Origin: Ktedonobacterales bacterium | GTDB lineage: Bacteria > Chloroflexota > Ktedonobacteria > Ktedonobacterales > JADMIN01 | Direction: 5' to 3' | Length of the DNA: 32,000 nucleotides | NCBI GenBank assembly: GCA_030167145.1 | Contig: CP126532.1 | Coordinates: 510,001-542,000, forward strand | In this document: positions 1 to 8,418 of the stretch, in pieces | Layout of the letters: each line of letters starts with the position of its first letter | How positions within the stretch are numbered: position 1 is the stretch's first letter | Position numbers and translations under genes: made by a program | The notes under the pieces: generated by a model | Told to the model about the DNA's origin: nothing | Databases searched by the model: none | The model's input: the letters and a program-made list of their open reading frames with translations, nothing else

Positions 1-1
1 C

Positions 2-298
2 CTCACGGGCAAGCAGGTGAGCGCACAGGAGGCGAGCGCGTGGGGACTGGTCAACCGGGTGGTTCCGGAAGGGCAGCACCTCGAAGAGGCCAAGAAGCTG
101 GCGCACGAGGTGGCGAAGCAGGCGCCGCTCGCGGCGCGGTTCACCAAAGAAGCGATCCTGAAAGCCTTCGAGATGCCGCTGGAAGAGGGGCTGCAGTACG
201 AAAAGCGGCTTTTCGCTTTGCTCTTTGCCAGCGAAGACCAGAAAGAGGGCATGCGCGCCTTCCTGGCCAAGGAAAAACCGGCGTTCAAGGGCCGCTAG
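2..298 (+). CDS. enoyl-CoA hydratase/isomerase (crotonase) family protein, C-terminal fragment (5' end lies outside the window)
   Basis: The frame is open from the window edge. The translation ...GLVNRVVPEGQHLEEAKKLA...LQYEKRLFALLFASEDQKEGMRAFLAKEKPAFKGR matches the typical crotonase C-terminal region. A thiolase gene follows 18 nt downstream. Confidence 0.8.
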   Translation, partial: LTGKQVSAQEASAWGLVNRVVPEGQHLEEAKKLAHEVAKQAPLAARFTKEAILKAFEMPLEEGLQYEKRLFALLFASEDQKEGMRAFLAKEKPAFKGR

Positions 299-316
299 CC
301 CAAAGGAAGCGCAACA

Positions 317-1522
317 ATGGATGAAATCGTGCTGCTCTCCGCCGTTCGCACGCCCATCGGGCGCTACGCGGGCGCGCTGAAAGAGGTGCGCCCCGACGAC
401 CTGGCCGCGCTGGCGATTGCCGAAGCGGTGCGGCGGGCGGGGGTGCCGCGTGAGGAGATCGAGGATGTGGTGCTGGGTTGCGCCAACCAGGCGGGCGAGG
501 ATAACCGCAATGTTGCGCGGATGGCGCTGCTGCTGGCGGGGCTGCCAGTCGAGGCTGGAGGCCAGACGGTGAACCGGCTCTGCGGCTCCGGCTTGCAGGC
601 GATCAATAGCGCGGCAAACGCGATTCGCGCGGGCGAGGGCGAGATGTATGTGGCGGGCGGTGTGGAGAGCATGACCCGCGCGCCATATGTACTGGGCAAG
701 CCGGAAAGCGCATTTGCGCGCGGTGAGATGAAACTGCAAGATACGACGCTCGGCTGGCGCTTCGTCAATCCGCGGCTGGCAGAGATGCACCACCCCTATA
801 GTATGGGCGAGACTGCTGAGAATGTCGCGGAACGTTACAACGTCTCGCGCGAGGAGCAGGACGCCTTCGCCTGCGAGAGCCACCGCCGCGCCATCGCCGC
901 GATAGACGCGGGCCGCTTCCGCGAGGAGATCGTGCCGGTGGATGCGCCCGCTGGCAAGGCGGGCACGGTGCGTGTGGAGACCGATGAGCAGCCGCGCCGC
1001 GATACGACGATGGAAAAGCTGGCGTCGCTCAAAGCGGTGTTCCGCAAGGGTGGGAGCGTGACGGCGGGCAATAGCTCTGGCATCAACGATGGTGCGGCGG
1101 CGCTGGTGCTCTGCTCGCGCGAACGCGCGGAGCGCGGTGGCTGGCGGCAACGGGCACGCATCATCGCCAGCGCGGTCGCGGGGGTTGACCCGGCGTATAT
1201 GGGGCTGGGGCCGATCTTCGCCACGCGCAAGGCGCTGCAACGTGCGGGGCTGTCTGCTGCCGATCTGGATCTGGTCGAGCTGAACGAGGCATTCGCTGCG
1301 CAGGCGCTGCCATGCATGCGCGAGCTGGGTCTGGATGGGGAGCGCGTCAATGTCAATGGCGGGGCGATTGCGCTGGGGCATCCGCTGGGGTGTTCGGGCG
1401 CGCGGCTGATGGTGACGCTGCTGCACGAGCTAGAGCGGCGCGGCGGGCGCTATGGGCTGGCGACGATGTGCATCGGCGTGGGCCAGGGCATCGCGACGAT
1501 CATCGAACGGATACCAGCATAA
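317..1522 (+). CDS. acetyl-CoA C-acetyltransferase (thiolase II)
   Basis: 401 aa. Thiolase motifs are present: [10 protein letters not shown] (nucleophilic Cys), [13 protein letters not shown], and [19 protein letters not shown] (His/Cys). RBS AAGGAAG lies upstream of the ATG at 317. Confidence 0.95.
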   Translation: MDEIVLLSAVRTPIGRYAGALKEVRPDDLAALAIAEAVRRAGVPREEIEDVVLGCANQAGEDNRNVARMALLLAGLPVEAGGQTVNRLCGSGLQAINSAANAIRAGEGEMYVAGGVESMTRAPYVLGKPESAFARGEMKLQDTTLGWRFVNPRLAEMHHPYSMGETAENVAERYNVSREEQDAFACESHRRAIAAIDAGRFREEIVPVDAPAGKAGTVRVETDEQPRRDTTMEKLASLKAVFRKGGSVTAGNSSGINDGAAALVLCSRERAERGGWRQRARIIASAVAGVDPAYMGLGPIFATRKALQRAGLSAADLDLVELNEAFAAQALPCMRELGLDGERVNVNGGAIALGHPLGCSGARLMVTLLHELERRGGRYGLATMCIGVGQGIATIIERIPA

Positions 1523-1560
1523 ATTGCGCGCCCAATTGGGCACGTACCGGCACACACTTT

Positions 1561-1613
1561 GCGAGTCCTTTCCGAGAGCCGTCAGCGCATGGCGGCGTGG
1601 GGAAAGGACTCGC
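1561..1613 (+). promoter_or_regulatory. long perfect hairpin (13-bp stem) between the thiolase gene and the next ORF; possible terminator or RBS-sequestering structure
   Basis: GCGAGTCCTTTCC (1561-1573) is the exact reverse complement of GGAAAGGACTCGC (1601-1613). No U-tract follows. The 3' arm contains the GGAAAGGA Shine-Dalgarno-like sequence for the ATG at 1617. Confidence 0.4.
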
Positions 1614-1616
1614 TGT

Positions 1617-2045
1617 ATGCTGCCGCCACGCTATCATAGGATGCCGCGCCTGCCGGTGAGCGTCTATGTGTTGATGGCCATCAGCCTGGCCGCGTTTGCC
1701 TCCGGGCAATGGCTTGGCCATCACGATACGAAGGCGGGCGATGCGCCTGCGTCTCGCGTTGCCACACACGATACGTCTGGCCTGACCTTGCTGAACACCA
1801 GCGTCACCGTCACTCCGCCAGCCACTTCTCCGTCCACCACGCCAGCGACACCACATATCGCCGTGGCGATTACCGCCGATGCCGAAGGTGGCGGCCTAAC
1901 CGCAGATCATGGCAAGAGCCAGCCACACGAGCATGACAAAGGCAAGCGCCACAAGGCCGACCATGGAGACGGGACGGCGCACGACGGAACAGAGCAAGAC
2001 GGCAAGACACACCAGCGTGGCCACGAAGGCAACCAAGCTAGCTGA
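1617..2045 (+). CDS. hypothetical membrane-anchored protein with a His/Asp/Lys-rich C-terminus
   Basis: ATG at 1617 is preceded by GGAAAGGA. There is an N-terminal hydrophobic anchor (VSVYVLMAISLAAFASGQWL), a Thr/Pro-rich linker, and the tail ADHGKSQPHEHDKGKRHKADHGDGTAHDGTEQDGKTHQRGHEG. Third-position GC is high. I recognise no family. Confidence 0.4.
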   Translation: MLPPRYHRMPRLPVSVYVLMAISLAAFASGQWLGHHDTKAGDAPASRVATHDTSGLTLLNTSVTVTPPATSPSTTPATPHIAVAITADAEGGGLTADHGKSQPHEHDKGKRHKADHGDGTAHDGTEQDGKTHQRGHEGNQAS

Positions 2046-2198
2046 TTAGAGTTGGGCGCCGAGTTGCTGGAGAAAGGCGGCGATCTGCGGCTCGAAGAAA
2101 ATGACCACACCGGCGACGATCACGATGATCAGCGCGACAATCAGCGCGTATTCGATGAGGCCCGCGTCCTGGTCGCGGCGTGGCCGACGCTGAGACAT
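2046..2198 (-). CDS. flp: Flp family type IVb pilin (50 aa; below the ORF-track length cutoff)
   Basis: I translated the reverse strand by hand: MSQRRPRRDQDAGLIEYALIVALIIVIVAGVVIFFEPQIAAFLQQLGAQL. It has the Flp signature G-x-x-EY followed by a hydrophobic helix. A strong RBS, GAGGGGG, sits 7 nt upstream of the ATG at 2198. The gene starts 26 nt downstream of the response-regulator stop. Confidence 0.7.
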   Translation of the reverse strand: MSQRRPRRDQDAGLIEYALIVALIIVIVAGVVIFFEPQIAAFLQQLGAQL

Positions 2199-2224
2199 CG
2201 CGCACCCCCTCACTGCTGGTGTCG

Positions 2225-2914
2225 TTAGCTCTCGGTATCCATTTTGATCCAGCCGTGCTTGAGCGCATGCACGACGGCGGCGGTACGATCATTCACCGAG
2301 AGCTTCTTTAGTATGGAAGTGATGTGGTTTTTCACCGTCTGGTCGCTGATTTTCAGAGACTTGGCGATTTCTTTGTTGCTGTTGCCCCGGGCGATGTAAT
2401 CGAGGATTTCGATCTCACGGGCGGAGAGCGGCGAGTAGAGCGGCTGCACTTCGGGCGGCTCTTCGGCGGTCATCTCGCGGAAGGAGCGCAACACCCGACT
2501 GGCGACGGTGGGGCGAGAGAGGACGTTGTCGTTGATGATATAGACACCGCGACTCACCTTGCGCACCGCGTCTATGAGGTCTTCGGCGGAGATACCTTTC
2601 AGGAGATACGCCGCCGCGCCGAGCTTCATGGATTGGAAGAGCTGTTCTTCGTCCTCGAAGGCGGTGAGCATGATGATGGCGACTCGTGGCATCGCGTGGC
2701 GTAGCTGCCGCGCTAGCTCAAGCGCGTCGTTGGTGGAGAGCAGCGCGTCAATCAGCACCACATCCGGCACATGTTGCTTGGCGAGATCCAACCCCTCGCG
2801 GCTATCGGACGCCTCCGCGACCACTACGCAATCGCCGGAATTTTCAAGCGCCCAGCGGCATCCCTGACGAAACAACGGGTGCTCATCAATGACCATGACG
2901 CGAATATTGTCCAT
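2225..2914 (-). CDS. NarL/FixJ (LuxR-type HTH) family response regulator
   Basis: The REC domain has IRVMVIDEHPLF, VVLIDAL (phospho-Asp), MLTAF and YLLKG. The C-terminal LuxR HTH reads LSAREIEILDYIARGNSNKEIAKSLKISDQTVKNHITSILKKLSVNDRT. I chose the ATG at 2914 (MDNIRV) because GGGAG lies upstream of it. The ORF itself extends to 2947. Confidence 0.9.
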   Translation of the reverse strand: MDNIRVMVIDEHPLFRQGCRWALENSGDCVVVAEASDSREGLDLAKQHVPDVVLIDALLSTNDALELARQLRHAMPRVAIIMLTAFEDEEQLFQSMKLGAAAYLLKGISAEDLIDAVRKVSRGVYIINDNVLSRPTVASRVLRSFREMTAEEPPEVQPLYSPLSAREIEILDYIARGNSNKEIAKSLKISDQTVKNHITSILKKLSVNDRTAAVVHALKHGWIKMDTES

Positions 2915-3082
2915 CGTTCTGCTCCCTGTACCGTTCTGCTGAAGCATTCGATTCCTCGTATCTCTCTCACAGGCGGCATGACACGCGCTGATGCTGATAA
3001 CAGAATACGCAAAAGTATATGATGTTTGGCGATGAATCGTGCGGATATTGCCCTAACCGGCCTACAATTTCGCGGCAGCGCA

Positions 3083-3112
3083 AGGGCGCCCGTGTGATGT
3101 GAGGGGCGCCCT
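3083..3112 (-). terminator. GC-rich hairpin downstream of the aldolase gene (candidate terminator)
   Basis: AGGGCGCCC (3083-3091) pairs with GGGCGCCCT (3104-3112), giving a 9-bp perfect stem. It lies 41 nt past the stop at 3153. There is no clear U-tract. Confidence 0.35.
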
Positions 3113-3152
3113 CGAATGCGATGGCCGCGACCATATTCCGCTGGCGGATGGT

Positions 3153-4064
3153 CTACGCGCCGTACTCCTTCATCATGTCGCTGATTTCTTGCGACAACTT
3201 TAGCGCCTCATCGAATGGGCGCTGCCAGATGTTGCGCCCGAAGATCAGGCCGGTCGCGCCATTCTCCATGGCGACGCGCGCCTTGCCGATGACGTCGCCC
3301 TCGCCCTGCATCTCGCCGCCGCTGAAGAGCAGCAACGTGCGCCCAGCGGACTCTACCACCATTCGCACTGCCTCTTCGCGAGAGGGCTGCAAGGTGTTGT
3401 AGGGCTTGGGGGCGGCGGCGTCTTTCTCGGAAAACGCCTTGGGCACATTGACTTTGACGATGTCAGCGCCCAACTCGCAGGCGACACGCGCGGCATAGTC
3501 TACGGCGTACAGGCTATCACGTCCGCCCTTGGCTTCAATCGCCTCGCCGCGCGGATACGCCCAGACGATGATCGGCATGCCATAGCGGTCGGCATCCTCG
3601 CGCACTTTGCGGAACTGCACGAAGTCTTCGGCCTGGAGCGTGGAACCGACATAGAGGGTGTAGCCGACAGCATCGGCGCCCAGTCGCACGGCATCTTCCA
3701 CGGTAGCGATGCAGGGCGAGATTGGCGCTTTATCCGGTGGAATCTCGGTTTTGCCGTTCAACTTGAGCACGAGGGGCACTGCACCCGCGTACTTGTTCAT
3801 ATACTTCTCGGCGATGCCAATTTGATAGACAATGCCAGAGAAATTGCCTTCTTTGGCCAGGCGAAGCTGGAATCCTGGGTCTTTCGACGGGGGATTGGGG
3901 AAGAAGTCACGCGGGCCGTGCTCCAATCCCTGGTCAATCGGCAGCAGCAAGAGGGTGCCGTTGGCTGGGCCAAAGGTGTAGAGCAGCCGGTGCAGCCGGG
4001 TGCGTTTGCCGATACTGAGATCCAGATCAGCCAAGACGGGGCGCTTCACACGCGTCATTGCCAT
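3153..4064 (-). CDS. class I fructose-bisphosphate aldolase (DhnA/archaeal-type, DeoC/LacD superfamily)
   Basis: 303 aa. Contains LLLLPIDQGLEHGP, VLKLNGKT and GADIVKVNVP (Schiff-base Lys context), all typical of the class IA aldolase family. RBS AGGAGA sits 6 nt upstream of the ATG at 4064. Confidence 0.85.
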   Translation of the reverse strand: MAMTRVKRPVLADLDLSIGKRTRLHRLLYTFGPANGTLLLLPIDQGLEHGPRDFFPNPPSKDPGFQLRLAKEGNFSGIVYQIGIAEKYMNKYAGAVPLVLKLNGKTEIPPDKAPISPCIATVEDAVRLGADAVGYTLYVGSTLQAEDFVQFRKVREDADRYGMPIIVWAYPRGEAIEAKGGRDSLYAVDYAARVACELGADIVKVNVPKAFSEKDAAAPKPYNTLQPSREEAVRMVVESAGRTLLLFSGGEMQGEGDVIGKARVAMENGATGLIFGRNIWQRPFDEALKLSQEISDMMKEYGA

Positions 4065-4353
4065 GTGGGGTCTCCTGTTGGTGGTAGCTTGGTGGCGCGG
4101 GTGGGCTAGCCACCTACGCGCGGCGTATCGTATGCCAATGCGCTCATGCTTGGTTCACGGTGCGGCGGCAGACCTGTTGCGGCATACACGCGGCGACCGG
4201 AAACGTCAAAGCGTCGCAACCCTCGCCATTGAGGGTCGCGGGTAGTATATCATGCGTGATTCGCCCGCACCAAGGCCACGACGGCAGCGCATCCACCAGC
4301 CGTATGCCGTTCTCGGCCCTGCCCAGATTCCCTAGTGCGAGGATGTGGTGTCG

Positions 4354-6033
4354 CTAGGCGGGAAAGAGGGCGCGGATGCGCGCCACGGCCTGTTCGCGGG
4401 TGATGGTCCCCGCCACCAGGGCGTCGAGCACGGCTTCGAGCGTGTCGCCTGATGCCGCGGATGCTGGTGGCGCGGACGCCGGTGGCGCGGGTGGGGGTGC
4501 TACGGCTGGTGTTGTGGGTGCTACGGCTGGTGTTGTGGGTGCGGCGGTCTCGCTGGGCGTGGGGCGACCACGCCGCATGTAGCCTGCTGAGGCTGCCGCC
4601 TGGAGGTAAATGCCCACGATCACTAGCGAGACCACCAGGTCAACAGCGCCCTGCCGCGCCGTTTGTTGCCAGTTGGGTAGCGGGGCGCCGAGAAGATTGG
4701 TAATCAGCGTGTAGAGGAGCAAGACGACCGCGACAGCGCCGGCGAGGGTTCCGATGGCGAGCAGTATCAACACGTAGCCACGGCGTGGCGCTTGCACTTC
4801 GGATACGGCTGTTTGCGCGCGCAACCAGAGCGCGATGGGAATGTAGGCAATGCCCGTGATGGTGATCGCGCCAGCCGCCGCCCACGACTCCGGCGTGATG
4901 GTAGCGCCGCCTGGCACGACGCTCTCCACGAGGTTGGTCAGCAGCAGCACACAGCCAACGTAGAAGGGCACAGCTAGAATGCCAGCGGTGATTGCCTGGA
5001 GCAACGGCTTCATCTGGCGCAGCCCCATGCCGCCGTGATTTGCGCTGAAGAGCAGCAAGTACAGGTAGGCCGACACGAAGAGCAAGCCGAACATGCCAGG
5101 CGAAAGGAAGTCGTTGCCACTGACCAAATCACCTGCCTGGGGATTCAGGCTGAGCGCCGCGCGCAGGGCCAGGTCAATGCCCAGGCCGATGCCGATGAGC
5201 AGATAGACCAGGCTGAACACATAGGAGAGCAGATGAAATACCAGCCGGAGCGATGACCGTGTATCGTCGCGGGTGAGCAGACCGTAGAGTAGCCAGATCG
5301 CCGTTACCCAGACGACGGCGGCCCAGAGCAGGCCGAGTTGCATCGGATATGAGGAGCCTGTCCTCTCGACATAGCAGTATGTGGATGGTCCTGATCCATA
5401 CGGGCCGTAGTAGCCGTAATTGTCGCACTGCGTCGTAAGCTGCCCGGAGTTTACCAAGATAGAGACGACACTCTGCCGAATCGCATTCGTCCAGGTGCTG
5501 GAGAGCAAGAAGGCGAGCAGGATGATTTGCGCACCGTAGTAGTGAAGGCGCTGGAAGATCATCGCAGCGCCTGGCTCTGGCACGGAGCGGCGTCGTTCGA
5601 ACTCCGCCAGCAGCGCCAGCAAGCCGAAGGCAAGCGCGATGCCGAATCCGGACGCTGCGCCGCCACTTTGGGGTCCGGCCAGCGAAGAGAGCGCGACAGA
5701 GCCAGATACAGCGGCTACCAGCACCGCCAGAAGCTCGATGCCGTTGAGAAAGAACGAGCGCACCCAGCCACGCGCAGCGCCCGGCTCAGTTTGTATATTG
5801 CGGCGGATCAGCCAGTAGTGCAGACCACCGATGGTGAGCGCGGTCACCCAGGCGACCCCAGCGAGTGCGGCGGGCTGGCGAATCTGATCTGGCGATACGA
5901 CTTGCTGCGCTGTGCCGTTGAGCGGCGTCGCCCGGAATAACTCGCCAAGAAAAATGGCGGTGGCGATAGTCGCGAACAGCACTAATACATCAAGGATAAA
6001 GTAGAGATAAATCCGGTAGAGCGTGCGCTCCAT
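4354..6033 (-). CDS. polytopic integral membrane protein (about 12 TM segments) with a Pro/Ala-rich repeat and a short helical C-terminal tail
   Basis: 559 aa, with about 12 hydrophobic segments identified by eye. The C-terminus reads APTTPAVAPTTPAVAPPPAPPASAPPASAASG followed by DTLEAVLDALVAGTITREQAVARIRALFPA, which is tentatively SHOCT-like. RBS GGAGGTGGGAGA lies upstream of the ATG at 6033. Confidence 0.7.
   Translation of the reverse strand: MERTLYRIYLYFILDVLVLFATIATAIFLGELFRATPLNGTAQQVVSPDQIRQPAALAGVAWVTALTIGGLHYWLIRRNIQTEPGAARGWVRSFFLNGIELLAVLVAAVSGSVALSSLAGPQSGGAASGFGIALAFGLLALLAEFERRRSVPEPGAAMIFQRLHYYGAQIILLAFLLSSTWTNAIRQSVVSILVNSGQLTTQCDNYGYYGPYGSGPSTYCYVERTGSSYPMQLGLLWAAVVWVTAIWLLYGLLTRDDTRSSLRLVFHLLSYVFSLVYLLIGIGLGIDLALRAALSLNPQAGDLVSGNDFLSPGMFGLLFVSAYLYLLLFSANHGGMGLRQMKPLLQAITAGILAVPFYVGCVLLLTNLVESVVPGGATITPESWAAAGAITITGIAYIPIALWLRAQTAVSEVQAPRRGYVLILLAIGTLAGAVAVVLLLYTLITNLLGAPLPNWQQTARQGAVDLVVSLVIVGIYLQAAASAGYMRRGRPTPSETAAPTTPAVAPTTPAVAPPPAPPASAPPASAASGDTLEAVLDALVAGTITREQAVARIRALFPA
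4499..4540. repeat. perfect 21-bp tandem duplication inside the membrane-protein gene
   Basis: GCTACGGCTGGTGTTGTGGGT occurs twice back to back (4499-4519 and 4520-4540), encoding APTTPAV x2. An adjacent imperfect repeat, GCTGGTGGCGCGGA / GCCGGTGGCGCGG, lies at about 4462-4490. Confidence 0.9.
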
Positions 6034-6231
6034 TCTCCCACCTCCGCCGCCGACCCGTGAGGATCGCGCAACTCATCCTCCACATCGCGAGACGCGACGC
6101 CGCCCGCGAAACCACACCGCAGTGCGCGAAAAAGACGTGCGAGATGAGCAACCTCATCTACTACGACGTAGTACACACCTATTTTGTTCCGAGCGGCGCG
6201 CCAGCGCATCGGCGTTTATGCGTGGGGAAGG

Positions 6232-6807
6232 TCAATTGACCACGACGGGGTGATAGCCGTTCTGCTTCTCGCAGAGGTGTTGTTGTGGTTTGTCGGCGAT
6301 GGGCTTGCCGCAGAAGGGGCAGCGGGGTCTGCCGCCAGAGAGGATGGCGAAGAGGTGCTTGCTAAGCTGGCCAAGTTGCGGCAGGGTGATGAAGGCGGAG
6401 AACAGGGGGTCGGGATCCTCTTGCACCAGCATCTCGCCATCGTCTTCTTCGATCAGCACGATGGGCGCGCCGCGCAGAAGGACGAGCTTGCGGTCTTCAT
6501 CATAGCCGAAATGGAGCGACGCTACCTGGAATTCGATGTCGGGATGTTCGGGGAAGCCAGGGGGCGGGCCAGGCGGCGTGATAGCCTCGGCGACGGCTTC
6601 ATAGCGCAAGATGCCGCCACCGGAGGTTTGCGCGAGCAGATTATCTATGGCGAGTGACAACTGCTCTAAATGTTCGCGTTCGACCCAGAGCGCGGCGGTC
6701 CGGTCGCCTTTGCGCGCGAAGATGCGGAACCGGCGATGCCCAGACAGACCAATCGCTTCTACATCGAGCACATCAGCACGCCCGAAGTCATGAGGTTCAC
6801 CGGCCAT
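6232..6807 (-). CDS. DUF3090-like protein with a C-terminal Cys/His zinc-ribbon-like motif
   Basis: 191 aa. The N-terminus is FGRADVLDVEAIGLSGHRRFRIFAR and the C-terminus is RPRCPFCGKPIADKPQQHLCEKQNGYH. From memory, this matches the DUF3090 family pattern. RBS AAGGA lies upstream of the ATG at 6807. Confidence 0.7.
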   Translation of the reverse strand: MAGEPHDFGRADVLDVEAIGLSGHRRFRIFARKGDRTAALWVEREHLEQLSLAIDNLLAQTSGGGILRYEAVAEAITPPGPPPGFPEHPDIEFQVASLHFGYDEDRKLVLLRGAPIVLIEEDDGEMLVQEDPDPLFSAFITLPQLGQLSKHLFAILSGGRPRCPFCGKPIADKPQQHLCEKQNGYHPVVVN

Positions 6808-6940
6808 CGTCCTGTCCTTTTCCGCTGGCAGTCGTCACGTGTGCCCAGGGCGGTTGCGCCGCGCAGAGGCATCGCATAGGAGTGTAACACTGGCAGTGGC
6901 TGGGCGCAAACGACGGAGCGTGACGCCAAGACGAGACGGG

Positions 6941-8335
6941 TTATGCGTGCGCATCTGGTTTGGTGGGGGCTGACGCAGCCTGGACTTCGCGGGCATAGAT
7001 GCGGGAGCCGACGTAGCCGAGCACCGCCGCTATCGCGAGTGTGGGCACGCCAACGGTGAGCAACGCCATACCTTCACGTTCGTGCAGTGCGGTGGCGATG
7101 GAACCGACGGCACTCGGCGCCCAGACATCGCCGAGCAGATGTGAGAGCAGCAGCATCACGGCGACGGCAGTGGCGCGGAGGGTATCGGGGGTGGCGTCCT
7201 GCGCGGCGGCGGTGAGCGGACCGGCGGGGAGCGTGATGGCGAAGACCGCGATAGCGCCAGCGATCAGAAAGAGGGGCAGCGAGTGGGTGAGCAGCATGAG
7301 GATGAAGAAGGGTAGCGCGAGGCCATAGCCAATGCTTGCGACCAGCACACGACCACCACGCACACGCAGGCTCAGCCAGTCGGCGAGATTGCCGCCGAGC
7401 ACCTGGCCGGAGAAGCCGCCGACGATGATAATCAGGCCGACGATCAGCGCAGTCGCGCCTTCGTGGAGGTGGAAGGGGCCGTGTTTCGAGCGGACGTAGA
7501 TCGGCAAGAAGGTGATGGCAGGCGTGGAGGCAATGAACATCATTGCCTGTAAGGCGATGATGAGCCAGATGGTGCGGATGCTCAGCACTGTGCGGATACG
7601 CGCCCAGGCGTCGGAAAGCGCGCCCTGGTGGGCGTCGGTCGGCGGCGCGGCATTCGCATAAATAGAGGTTTCCTCGACTTTGCCAGCGGGCGCATCGTTG
7701 ACATGCCAGATGAGTATTGCCAGCGCCAGGCCAGGGATGGCGGCGCAGAAGAACGCCACACGCCATGCGGCGCTGGGTGCCAGCCAGATGGTCATCAGGG
7801 CAGCCAAGCCGAAGGCCAACGCAATGCCGACCAACTGGCCCGCGCCCCAGCGGCCCATGACACGCGCCCGCTCGCGCAGGGGAAAGTAGCGGCTGAGGAG
7901 TGCGGTGCCAGCGGGATAGTAGCTGGCCTCGCCGATGCCAACGGCGGCGCGTGTGGCGAAGAGTTCGGGGAAGGTGCGGACGAAGGCGCTGGCGCCGCTG
8001 GCGATGCTCCAGACGGCGACGCCCACCGCGACCACGCGCGCACGGCGTACACGGTCAGCTAGGAGGCCCAGCGGCACGGTGGAGAGCGTGTAGACGAGCA
8101 GAAAGGCGCTGCTGAGCAGCCCGATCTCGCGGTCGTGCAACTGAAACTCAGCTTTGAGGGTGGGGCCGAACGCCACGGCGAGCATGCGGTCGAGATAGTT
8201 GACGGCGTTGATGGCAAACATCAGCCAGAAGACCACCGGCGCACGCGAGAGAAACGCGCGCAGCCTGGATTGAGATGGGGACAGCGTCGGTTCCTGTGGC
8301 GACTTTGGTGCGGGCGTGGATAGGGCCTGGGTCAC
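6941..8335 (-). CDS. MFS transporter
   Basis: 464 aa, about 12 TM segments. Contains the MFS loop motif LGLLADRVRRARVV and the N-terminal stretch NAVNYLDRMLAVAFGP. GTG start at 8335 with RBS GAGGAAGAG. Confidence 0.9.
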   Translation of the reverse strand: MTQALSTPAPKSPQEPTLSPSQSRLRAFLSRAPVVFWLMFAINAVNYLDRMLAVAFGPTLKAEFQLHDREIGLLSSAFLLVYTLSTVPLGLLADRVRRARVVAVGVAVWSIASGASAFVRTFPELFATRAAVGIGEASYYPAGTALLSRYFPLRERARVMGRWGAGQLVGIALAFGLAALMTIWLAPSAAWRVAFFCAAIPGLALAILIWHVNDAPAGKVEETSIYANAAPPTDAHQGALSDAWARIRTVLSIRTIWLIIALQAMMFIASTPAITFLPIYVRSKHGPFHLHEGATALIVGLIIIVGGFSGQVLGGNLADWLSLRVRGGRVLVASIGYGLALPFFILMLLTHSLPLFLIAGAIAVFAITLPAGPLTAAAQDATPDTLRATAVAVMLLLSHLLGDVWAPSAVGSIATALHEREGMALLTVGVPTLAIAAVLGYVGSRIYAREVQAASAPTKPDAHA

Positions 8336-8418
8336 AAATCTCTTCCTCTTGACTGCGCATGCCGCTGAGACGGATACATAGAGCAGGTGGGCTGATAGAC
8401 CACCACTGCACTATACGT

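Noticed and set aside
6230-6241. Perfect 12-bp palindrome GGTCAATTGACC
   Set aside because: It overlaps the stop codon of the DUF3090-like gene, occurs once, and has no associated promoter elements. It is probably coincidental, although a protein-binding site cannot be excluded.
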